A stretch of 64,000 bases of DNA from Planctomycetota bacterium. Lineage in GTDB: Bacteria; Planctomycetota; JAJSAM01; JAJVHW01. The stretch lies in the NCBI GenBank assembly GCA_965248445.1, contig CBDFJG010000002.1:448001-512000 (forward strand). Reading direction: 5' to 3'. Both the position numbers and the translations under genes were made by a program. This document shows positions 18,283-26,465 of the stretch, one piece after another (positions within the stretch are counted from its first letter, which is position 1; every line of letters begins with the position of its first letter). The notes beneath the pieces were generated by a model, which saw only the letters and a program-made list of their open reading frames with translations, was not told where the DNA came from and searched no databases.

Positions 18283-20130
18283 TTACCGCTCGTCCGGCTC
18301 GACGATCTGGTGCACACGGCCCGGCGCGAGGTCGGTGATCACCTGATGCGTGCCACTCGGCCAGTCGATCTCGCAGCGTGTCACGGTTGCCGCGTCGCCC
18401 AGCCCGAAGTAGAGCGTGAGCGTGCTCTGCGCCAGGTACCCCCCGGCCGCGCACACCTGCCGAACTTGGGTCCTCTCGCCGACCTGCAGCCGCGCGACCG
18501 CGCCGACCGCATCGCGGTTGCTGCGGGTCCCGCGCAAGCGCAGGCCGATCCACTCGCGCTTCGGGAGTCGGTTGCGGTAGAGGTACGGTCGCTCGTTGAA
18601 GTTGTTCACGACGAGGTCGGGCCGGCCGTCTCCATCGAAGTCGAGCACAGCCGCGCTCCGAGAACTGCGTGCCGCCGACGTGCCGTCGATCGTCTCTTCC
18701 AGGAATCCGCCACCAGGACGGGGATCGATGCCCCATTGCGTTCGGACGGACTCAAACGTACCGTCGCCACGGTTCCTCATGAGTTCGTTCGGCCACGCGT
18801 GATACGGGTACCCCATCCCCGCCGCGATGAAGACGTCCTCGAATCCGTCCATGTCGAAGTCGGCCGTCGCGATGCCCCACGGCCACATCGTCTCGAGGCC
18901 GACTTCGTCGGACACCTCGGCGAACTTACCGCCGCCTTCGTTGCGGAAGTGGGTGTTCCCGAACACGACCGTTCGAAGTGTCCTGCGGTCCAGGAGCACA
19001 AGTTCGTACAGGTTCTTCCGTTCGTCCTCGGACATGATCCCATCGACGAAGAGCGGCCCCTCCGGTCCTCCGTACTTGACGCGCGCTTCGTCGGCGGTCG
19101 GCAGAACGCCCCACGCCATCCACATGTCGGAGTGCATGTCCACGACGAAGAGGTCGAGCAGGCCGTCGCCGTCTGCATCGAAGGGCTTGCAACCGACGGC
19201 GCCCCACGACGTCCGGCCCAGCATGCTGTCGGTGGCGTCGCTGAATCGCTTGCCGTCATCGTTGCGGAAGAGCGTGCTGCGCCCGAACATGTTGGTGACG
19301 AACAAGTCCTGATCGCCGTCGCCATCGGCGTCGAACACGGCGGTGTCGCCGCTCCAGCCAACCGTGCCGAGCCCGGTCTCCGACGTGACGTCCTCGAAGG
19401 TGCCGTCGCGGCGATTGCGATACAGCAAGCTGGACTCGACGCCGCTACGGACGAGCTCCAGCAGACTCCCGGGTCCGACGTAGTAACGACCATCGGGAGC
19501 CCGTTCGTCCTCCGTCCACCGAGCCGTGTCGGTGACGAAGAGATCGAGCCAGCCGTCGCTGTCATAGTCGAAGAAGGTGGCGCCCTGGGAGTGCGCCACG
19601 AGCGCCACTCCGGCCGACTCCGTCACGTCGGTGAACACCCCGCCTGCGTCCTGGCGGAACAGGACGTTGCCGCCTCTGGTCGATGCGACGAACAGATCCT
19701 GGTCGCCGTCGTTGTCGTAGTCGGCGAACGCGGCTGACGTGCAGACCCGGTCACCGAGACCGACGCCCGCCCGGCTGGTGACGTCCTCGAACGTCCCGTC
19801 CCCGCGGTTGCGAAACAGCGCGTTCGACTCGAGCTGGTTCAGGAAGTAGATGTCGTCGAGACCGTCGCCGTCGTAGTCCGCGACCGAGACGCCCGCGCCG
19901 TGGTCATACAGGTTGATCTTGAAGCGGGCCCCCTGCTCGCCCTCCAGGAACGACATCACGAAGTCGAGCCCGGCCGTCTCGCCGACCTCCTCGAAAACGG
20001 TGGCCTCGGACGGCGGCTCCTCCGACCCGGGGGCGTCCGGCTCCGCGCGGCGGCAGCCGGCGGTGAGCACGGCGGCGCACAGGGCTGCGGCCAGGCCGAG
20101 CCTTACAAGGCTGGGTGTCGAAGCGGCCAT
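18283..20130 (-). CDS. CRTAC1-family lipoprotein, paralog of 14811-16712
   Basis: Lipobox LTAGC. Colinear with the other copy (FKINLYDHGAGV, LGRTSWGAVGC, VDMHSDMWM, ARSSRSAAV). Confidence 0.9.
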   Translation of the reverse strand: MAASTPSLVRLGLAAALCAAVLTAGCRRAEPDAPGSEEPPSEATVFEEVGETAGLDFVMSFLEGEQGARFKINLYDHGAGVSVADYDGDGLDDIYFLNQLESNALFRNRGDGTFEDVTSRAGVGLGDRVCTSAAFADYDNDGDQDLFVASTRGGNVLFRQDAGGVFTDVTESAGVALVAHSQGATFFDYDSDGWLDLFVTDTARWTEDERAPDGRYYVGPGSLLELVRSGVESSLLYRNRRDGTFEDVTSETGLGTVGWSGDTAVFDADGDGDQDLFVTNMFGRSTLFRNDDGKRFSDATDSMLGRTSWGAVGCKPFDADGDGLLDLFVVDMHSDMWMAWGVLPTADEARVKYGGPEGPLFVDGIMSEDERKNLYELVLLDRRTLRTVVFGNTHFRNEGGGKFAEVSDEVGLETMWPWGIATADFDMDGFEDVFIAAGMGYPYHAWPNELMRNRGDGTFESVRTQWGIDPRPGGGFLEETIDGTSAARSSRSAAVLDFDGDGRPDLVVNNFNERPYLYRNRLPKREWIGLRLRGTRSNRDAVGAVARLQVGERTQVRQVCAAGGYLAQSTLTLYFGLGDAATVTRCEIDWPSGTHQVITDLAPGRVHQIVEPDER

Positions 20131-20511
20131 CAGGGTCCTTCCCGAGGCCGGAGCGGCTGATCGTCAGCCGAATCCGGACTCCACTCCGCGGCGATGCCCT
20201 CGGAGGGTTGTCGCGGCGGACTCTAGCCCTAACTCCCCTCTCGTCAACCCCGGCGGACGGGCGGAAGTTCCGGTCGAAATGGACCACCACGGTCCCGCGC
20301 GGGGAGCGGCAACGTGTCCGTGCACGCCGGGCCTGCCGATCGTATCTAGAGGAGGGGCCGCTCTTGCGCGGCCTCGCGGCGGGTCGGTCTCGGAAGGTCC
20401 GAGGCGGCCCGGCGGTTCGCCCGGTGGGAGTCATCCCACCGTAACCTGTTTACAGATATGAACTCTCGCGCCCGGCCGGCCGCCGGGCGGGACCCGGAGA
20501 CCGCCACACCC

Positions 20512-22965
20512 ATGACCTCACCACGCACTAGCAGGAGGCTCGTCGCAGCGGCCCTGACGGGCCTCTTGATCTTCGGCACGGGCCTGATCCCGACCGGGCC
20601 GGCATCGGCTCAGGAGACGGGCGTCGAGGGGGCAGGCAGCGAAGAGGAGATCCGCACCCTCGCCGAGGGGATCGCCTACGCCGACGAGGCCGAGCACGCC
20701 TGGAACGACGCCGTGCGACTGGTCGAGTTCCGCGACAAGGCGACGCCCCACGCGGTGGATGCGGCGGAACTCGACGACGCCACCCCGCTCGGCCGGGTCG
20801 CTCTGGCGCGCGTCCTCTCGCAACTTGGCGAGCGCTCGCGAGCCACCACCGTCCTGCTGAAGGTCGCAGGATCGGACTCGGGCATCTCGATCCGAGCCGA
20901 CGCGTGCCGAATGCTGGAGGAGACGGCGGACGACGACATCGAGGAGGACCTTTGGACCCTCCTCGAGGGCGCGCTCGACCCGCGTCTGCGCGCGTCGCTC
21001 GCGAAGACGCTCTGGGTACTCACGAAGGACCTCGCGGCGAAGAAGACCCTCAAGGAACTGCTCAACAGCGAGGACCTCGATCTACGGATCGAGGGCGCGC
21101 TGTCGCTCGCCGAGCTGGACGACTTCAGCGAACACGTGCGCGCTGTGCTGCAGCGCGTGAGGCACGAGCCGACCACGCGCGGCCGTCTGGCGGACGCGCT
21201 ACTGGTCCAGCGCGAGTGGCGCGACATCGCGGACGCAACGCCGAGAGCCACCTCGGACAGTCCCGAGGGCGGCGCCGCCGACCCGCTGGAGCGCTTGATC
21301 CAAGACACGCTGCACCGGCTCAAGGCGTATCACGTCAAGGGCGGCGATCTCACGATGCAGAAGCTCTGGGAAGGTGCCGCGCGCGGCCTCGTCGACGCAG
21401 TCGGCGACCCGTACACGACCTTCCAGAGTTCCGAGGAACGCGACGACTGGCAGGACCACCTGGCCAAGGAGTACGGCGGCATCGGTGCGTACGTGGGCTA
21501 CGACAAGGACGGGTTCTTCATCGTCACGCGGCCGATGTTCGACGGACCGGCGTGGAAGGCCAGGCTCAGGGCCGGCGACCGCGTCGTCACGGTGGACGGC
21601 TGGGACACCTCCGGAAAGGAACTGACCGAGATCGTCAAGCACCTACGCGGGGTGCCCGACACGATCGTCGAGATCGACGTGGTGCGGAAGGGGTGGGAGA
21701 AGCCCCGCACCATGCGCATGACGCGCGGGAAGATTCGTGTGCCGACGGTCTGGCCCGAGGTCCTCCCGGGCGGCATCGGATACGTCCTCGTGGACAACTT
21801 CGCGCGCAACACGGCCGAGGAGTTCAAGGCCGCGTTGGTGGACTTCGAGAAGCAGGGCGTCAAGTACCTCGTCCTCGACCTGCGCTGGAACAGCGGGGGC
21901 TACCTGAGGACCGCGCAGAGCATGGGCGACTACCTGTTGCCGTCCGGGAAGCTCGTCGTGGAGACGGCCGGCCGCGCGGGGGTGCACGATCCCGAGATCT
22001 ACGTGACGCAGGGCAGCAGCACGCGCTGGAGCCGGTCGGTGCCGCTGACGGTGCTCGTCAACGGGGCGAGTGCGAGTGCCAGTGAGATCCTGTCCGGCTG
22101 CCTCCAGATCCACGATCGCGCGGAGATCGTCGGCCTCCGGACCTACGGCAAGGGCAGCGTTCAGAACCTCTATCCGATCTACACCCAGCCGTTCGCCGAG
22201 CCGTTCGCCGACGTGAACAAGAACGGGCGGTGGGACGAGGCGGAGCCGCTCGACGACCGCAATGGCAACGGCAGGCGCGATGCGAACGAACGGTTCATCG
22301 ATACGGACCGCAACAAGCGCTGGAGCCCGGCGGAGCCGTTCGACGACCTGAACGACAACAAGCGGTACGACTGCCCCGCCATCAAGGTGACGATCGCGAA
22401 GTACTTCGTGGGCCGCCGGAAGGGTTCGCGGGAGATCCACCCGCACCGCGAGGAGATGGTCGTCGCCGGACGGCGGGAGTTCCTCGGCGGCATCGAGCCG
22501 GACGTGCCCGTGGACCTCGACGACATGGGCGGCTGGCGCGCGGAGACGATCGCCGACCTCGACGAGAGCGACGTCTTCGAGAAGTACCTGAACAAGCAGT
22601 TCGAAGCAAACCCAGACGCGATGACGCGCCTCGTCATGCGCGACACACGCAACCCCAATGACTGGCCGGAGTTCGATGCGTTCTACGTGTCGCTCGGAAC
22701 GCAGCTCTCGCGGGAGGACATCTGGCTCCAGTTGCACTACCGCGGGCGTCAGATGGCAAGTGACCGCGTGGGACGCCTGATCGTCGGCGACTGGGCTGCG
22801 GACTCGCAGCTCCAGCGCGCGATCCGCACTCTGATGGACGGGCCGGGCGCCACCGAACTGGCCGGCACGCCGGAGTACGCCTTCATCCGCAGCCGCACGT
22901 TCGAGGTGCCGCCCGTCTACGGCGACGCCCTGAAGAGCGCGCGCAAGTTCGGGACTGGCCGCTAG
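20512..22965 (+). CDS. S41 C-terminal processing protease with N-terminal HEAT-like repeats, PDZ and inserted acidic repeats
   Basis: Signal peptide, DPYT, GGIGAYV (PDZ), LDLRWNSGG, SASASEI and TYGKGSVQ. Alternative start at 20458. Confidence 0.88.
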   Translation: MTSPRTSRRLVAAALTGLLIFGTGLIPTGPASAQETGVEGAGSEEEIRTLAEGIAYADEAEHAWNDAVRLVEFRDKATPHAVDAAELDDATPLGRVALARVLSQLGERSRATTVLLKVAGSDSGISIRADACRMLEETADDDIEEDLWTLLEGALDPRLRASLAKTLWVLTKDLAAKKTLKELLNSEDLDLRIEGALSLAELDDFSEHVRAVLQRVRHEPTTRGRLADALLVQREWRDIADATPRATSDSPEGGAADPLERLIQDTLHRLKAYHVKGGDLTMQKLWEGAARGLVDAVGDPYTTFQSSEERDDWQDHLAKEYGGIGAYVGYDKDGFFIVTRPMFDGPAWKARLRAGDRVVTVDGWDTSGKELTEIVKHLRGVPDTIVEIDVVRKGWEKPRTMRMTRGKIRVPTVWPEVLPGGIGYVLVDNFARNTAEEFKAALVDFEKQGVKYLVLDLRWNSGGYLRTAQSMGDYLLPSGKLVVETAGRAGVHDPEIYVTQGSSTRWSRSVPLTVLVNGASASASEILSGCLQIHDRAEIVGLRTYGKGSVQNLYPIYTQPFAEPFADVNKNGRWDEAEPLDDRNGNGRRDANERFIDTDRNKRWSPAEPFDDLNDNKRYDCPAIKVTIAKYFVGRRKGSREIHPHREEMVVAGRREFLGGIEPDVPVDLDDMGGWRAETIADLDESDVFEKYLNKQFEANPDAMTRLVMRDTRNPNDWPEFDAFYVSLGTQLSREDIWLQLHYRGRQMASDRVGRLIVGDWAADSQLQRAIRTLMDGPGATELAGTPEYAFIRSRTFEVPPVYGDALKSARKFGTGR

Positions 22966-22975
22966 CGAGGCGCTG

Positions 22976-23692
22976 CTAGCCCAGCAAGCGCGCAAACAAC
23001 CCGCTGCGCCCCGGCCCGCCCCCGGACGCGCGGTGCGAGAACAACACCTCACCGCACATCGTGCAGCCCGGCACGCGGTCGATGTGCTCTGAGGGCACGC
23101 CGCCGTCCGTGAGTGTGGCCGCGATCGCCGCTCCGAGATCGAGTAGAACGTGACCCTCGCGGCCAGCCGGCGCGTACCAGCCGCGCGCGCGAGCGCCGAA
23201 CGCCTCGTCGAAGCACGCGGCGACCTCCGGACCGACCTCGAAGCACGACGCGCAAGCGCCTGGGAACACGGCCGCCTGCACGCGCTCGGGAGACGCGCCG
23301 AGTCCGCACAGCACGCGCAAGGCCTCCGCGACGACGTGCTGCTCCGTGCCCCGCCACCCCGCGTGGACTAGCGCGAGCGCGTGCGCGTCAACGTCCACGA
23401 GCGCGATCAGCGGACAGTCCGCTCCCTGCACCATCAACGTGACATCGGTTCTGGTCGTGGCGACGCCATCCGCGCGACCTGCTTCGAGTTCGTCATCGAT
23501 CACCGCGACCCCTGCGCCGTGCACCTGATGCGGCGCCACGAGACGCGCACCTGCGCCCGCGACGTCAGCGGCGAGGGCTGCGCGCGTGGCGGCGGCGATC
23601 GCGTCGTCCACCGGTCCGACGGATCCCTCTGCGCGCGTGGACAGTCCGTGAGCGAGGGAGGGAGCGCGCGCGAGGAGCGCGCTGCGGATCAT
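22976..23692 (-). CDS. pgeF: YfiH/PgeF family (laccase-domain purine nucleoside phosphorylase)
   Basis: HQVHG, ADG, GADCPLI, HAGWRG, CFEVG, CT.C and FSHR motifs. Confidence 0.88.
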   Translation of the reverse strand: MIRSALLARAPSLAHGLSTRAEGSVGPVDDAIAAATRAALAADVAGAGARLVAPHQVHGAGVAVIDDELEAGRADGVATTRTDVTLMVQGADCPLIALVDVDAHALALVHAGWRGTEQHVVAEALRVLCGLGASPERVQAAVFPGACASCFEVGPEVAACFDEAFGARARGWYAPAGREGHVLLDLGAAIAATLTDGGVPSEHIDRVPGCTMCGEVLFSHRASGGGPGRSGLFARLLG

Positions 23693-24093
23693 GCGCCGCG
23701 TGCGGCGAGACGCGGGGGGTCGCGCTCGAGCGACTGCTTGAAGTGGGCGTCGAGTCCCTCTTCGAACGAGAACGCGTCGTCGAACTGGTCGCGCGTGTCC
23801 TCTTCGCCGGCTTCTAGCAGCCCGCGCCGGATCAGGTTGAACACGAGGTCGCCGATGGCGCCGGTGTCGTGCATGCCCCACGTCTCGAGCACCGAACGCG
23901 CCAGGAAGCCCCAGTGGTCCACCGCCGCATCGCGGACTCCGAGCACCAGTTCGCGCGGAGTCACGTGGCGGCGGGTCCGCATGTTCGCCAGGGCGTGCTC
24001 GAGACCATCGAACACGAGCATGTACGCATCGGCCGGGTAGCGCCGGTCCGTACGTGCCAAGTCCGCTATCTGCTCTTGCAGACGATCGTGCAT
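23689..24093 (-). CDS. Minf_1886-family (Verrucomicrobia/Planctomycetes-restricted) protein
   Basis: D.RY...AY..V..GL...RHVT.REL..G.R..A...WG.LA..VL..WG...T..IG.LVFNLI..GLL....ED....F pattern. Confidence 0.8.
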   Translation of the reverse strand: MHDRLQEQIADLARTDRRYPADAYMLVFDGLEHALANMRTRRHVTPRELVLGVRDAAVDHWGFLARSVLETWGMHDTGAIGDLVFNLIRRGLLEAGEEDTRDQFDDAFSFEEGLDAHFKQSLERDPPRLAARGA

Positions 24094-24258
24094 CAAGCTC
24101 TCCGGGGGTGGACGGAGGGCCACCGACCGAGGCCGGGTCACCCCACCGCACAGGGTTCATCGGCCATCCGCGGGCGGACTTTGAGCGTCCTCACATGACA
24201 CTTCGTCAGCGGTTCGGGGGACACGGCATAAGCCATGTCTCTGACGGCACTTGGGAGC

Positions 24259-25365
24259 CTAATTCAAGCGTGAGCCGGCACGTCGCAAGCGGACCCTGAG
24301 GGCTCTGAGGGCCAGTTCCGGGGAGACGTTCGCGCGCAGCGACTCGAGGGCCGAGGCAGTGGCCGGCACGAGGCTGTCCAGCCCATCGGCGCTCCCGGAG
24401 GCGGCAGCGACGTCCCGTGCTGTCAGGAGAGCCAGACGCAGCAGGTCCGCGGCACGGAGGCGCTGACCGACGAGGTCGCGGGTGCCGTCCGCGGCGAACG
24501 AGAGGGCGGGTTCCGCTGACCCGGTGTCTCCAGGATCGAGCAACGCGCTGACGGCGGCAGGGCCGTCCTCGACCAGTCCGGTGCGCACCGCGCGCAGGGC
24601 GCGCCCGACCGAACCCTGTCCGAGGCGTACCGCGAGGGCGAGTCCTGCGGTGTCGGGCCGCTCGTCGAGCGGGAGCGCGGAGAGCAGTAGCCGCTGAACG
24701 ACCTCCGGCTCGAGCGGCCGGAAACGAACGCGCTGGCATCGCGAGACGATCGTGTCAGGCACGGCGTCGGCATCGCTCGCGAGAAGCAGGTAGGTCGTGC
24801 GCGGTGGTGGTTCCTCGAGGCTCTTCAGAAGCGTGGCGACGCTCCCGTCGTCGACCTCGTCGAGCGAGTCGATCAGCACGACCTTGCGAGCTCCCCCCGC
24901 GGCGGCCAGTGCGGTCAGTTCGAGCAGGCGGCGCAGGGCGTGCACGCGTAGCGGCCTCCGCGTCGAAGCGGGCTCCTGGCGCGCGGCCGCGAGCGAGAAC
25001 GCCGGCGGTCCCAGGCGCGCTGCCTCCGACGGTCCCGAGGGGTGCGGACCGGTCTCGGCCGTGATCAGGAGCAGGTCCGGGTGCGTGCCCGCGGCGACGA
25101 GATCGCACGCGCGGCACGACCCGCAGGGCTCGCTGCCTCGCGGAGCGGCGCACAGGAGCGCCGCGGCGAACCCGAGGGCCCCGCGGCGGCGCCCGACCCC
25201 CGACGGTCCGTGCAGAAGGTACGCCCCGCCCACGCGCGCGCCGCCGCCGGAGAGCGCAGCCGCGAACGACTGCTGAGCCGGAGCCTGGCCTTCGAGCGCG
25301 CCGAGCGACGGGAGCCCCCCGATTGAGCCGGAGGTGCGGCCGGGGGGCGCTCGATTAGCCGACAT
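24259..25365 (-). CDS. holB: DNA polymerase III delta' subunit
   Basis: AYLLHGPSGVG, C...PCGSCRAC, HPDL, LLKSLEEPP and TIVSRCQ motifs. Follows tmk. Confidence 0.88.
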   Translation of the reverse strand: MSANRAPPGRTSGSIGGLPSLGALEGQAPAQQSFAAALSGGGARVGGAYLLHGPSGVGRRRGALGFAAALLCAAPRGSEPCGSCRACDLVAAGTHPDLLLITAETGPHPSGPSEAARLGPPAFSLAAARQEPASTRRPLRVHALRRLLELTALAAAGGARKVVLIDSLDEVDDGSVATLLKSLEEPPPRTTYLLLASDADAVPDTIVSRCQRVRFRPLEPEVVQRLLLSALPLDERPDTAGLALAVRLGQGSVGRALRAVRTGLVEDGPAAVSALLDPGDTGSAEPALSFAADGTRDLVGQRLRAADLLRLALLTARDVAAASGSADGLDSLVPATASALESLRANVSPELALRALRVRLRRAGSRLN

Positions 25366-25978
25366 GGGCGAGCACCTCCTCGAGCACGCGGGCGGCGGTC
25401 GCTTCCGCGTCCGACGGGGCCACGAGGACGTGGTCCTTGCGAGCCCGCGCGAGGCGGCGATACGTCTTCACGACCCGCGCGTGAAAAGCACCGCTCTTGC
25501 TCTCGATGCGATCGCGCTCACTCCCGACTCGCTCGAGGCCCTTCCCCACGGGAACGTCCAGCACGATCACGAGGTCCGGGGACGCGGCGCCCTCCGCGAT
25601 CCCGGCCAGCCGCCTCACCGTGCGAACCCCCACCCCGCCGGCGGACCCCTGGTACACCTCCGTGGACAGCGTCCACCGCTCGCACACGACGGCGTCACCG
25701 CGCTCGAGAGCGGGGGCGATCACCTGCTCTGCGAGCTGGGCGCGAGCCGCCATGAAGAGCAGGGCTTCGGCGCGCGGGGTCACGTCGCCTGGACGGCCGT
25801 CGAGGAGAATCCGGCGGATTGCGTCGGAGAGCGGTGTCCCGCCCGGATCGCTGGTGTGCGTCACGGTCCGGCCGCGTCCGCGAAGAGCCTCGGTCAGACG
25901 CTGCGCCTGCGTGCTCTTCCCGCACCCGTCGGCCCCTTCGAGCACCACGAAACAGCCCCTCTCCGGCGTCATCCGCAC
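25355..25978 (-). CDS. tmk: Thymidylate kinase
   Basis: EGADGCGKSTQ, DPGGT, LLFMAARAQ, CERW..S..YQG and PDLVIVLD motifs. Confidence 0.93.
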   Translation of the reverse strand: MRMTPERGCFVVLEGADGCGKSTQAQRLTEALRGRGRTVTHTSDPGGTPLSDAIRRILLDGRPGDVTPRAEALLFMAARAQLAEQVIAPALERGDAVVCERWTLSTEVYQGSAGGVGVRTVRRLAGIAEGAASPDLVIVLDVPVGKGLERVGSERDRIESKSGAFHARVVKTYRRLARARKDHVLVAPSDAEATAARVLEEVLAHVG

Positions 25979-26111
25979 GAGTGTAGTGCCGACTCGGACC
26001 GACCGTTCGTGTCCGCGACGTCAGGCTCGGGTGTTCTCGACATCGGGCGCTCACGACGGAATTCCCCTCGCGCGGCGATTCCGGGCCCGGTGAGAGCGCT
26101 CGCGACGGCGG

Positions 26112-26411
26112 TTCTCCACAGTCCAGAATGCCGTGTGAACCGTTCGTGGAGAACTGACGTTTCTGCGGCCGGGTGGCGTGCGCCCCTGCATTTGGCGTGA
26201 ATGCGGCGCGGCGGAATGCGCCGCGGGCGACGACACGGAACTCTCCTGCCCGCGAGGAGTTACGACGCTCCGAGCCACATCGCGCGAACCCGCGTGGCGG
26301 ATTTCGAGGCGTTTCTTCTTGTTGCGCACGCGTTCCCGTCGCGGAACGCGCGGTGGCCACGCTCGTGTGGATAAGCCGGAAGAGTGCGATCGCCGGAAGC
26401 TCTTTGGATAG
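26112..26411. promoter_or_regulatory. Cluster of DnaA-box-like 9-mers
   Basis: Perfect TGTGGATAA (26366-26374). Near matches TTCTCCACA (26112), CGTGGAGAA (26145), TTTGGATAG (26403) and weak TGTGAACCG (26134), all in a ~490-bp intergenic gap. Confidence 0.5.
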
Positions 26412-26465
26412 GACACTTACGAACGTCTGGGCGCCGCAGAGCGTGCGTTCGGTCCGAGGCTGGCG

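Noticed and set aside
12592..20130. Selenocysteine read-through at TGA stops of the Cys-rich operon
   Set aside because: Most of these TGAs overlap or abut the next start codon, are not in Cys-motif positions, and no SECIS is evident.
20380..20440. Hairpins in the divergent intergenic region as SRP RNA or a riboswitch
   Set aside because: The SRP core motif and known riboswitch consensus elements are not matched, and GC-rich hairpins arise easily by chance.
24094..24258. Possible ncRNA between holB and the Minf_1886-like gene
   Set aside because: Only weak pairing and no recognisable family motif.
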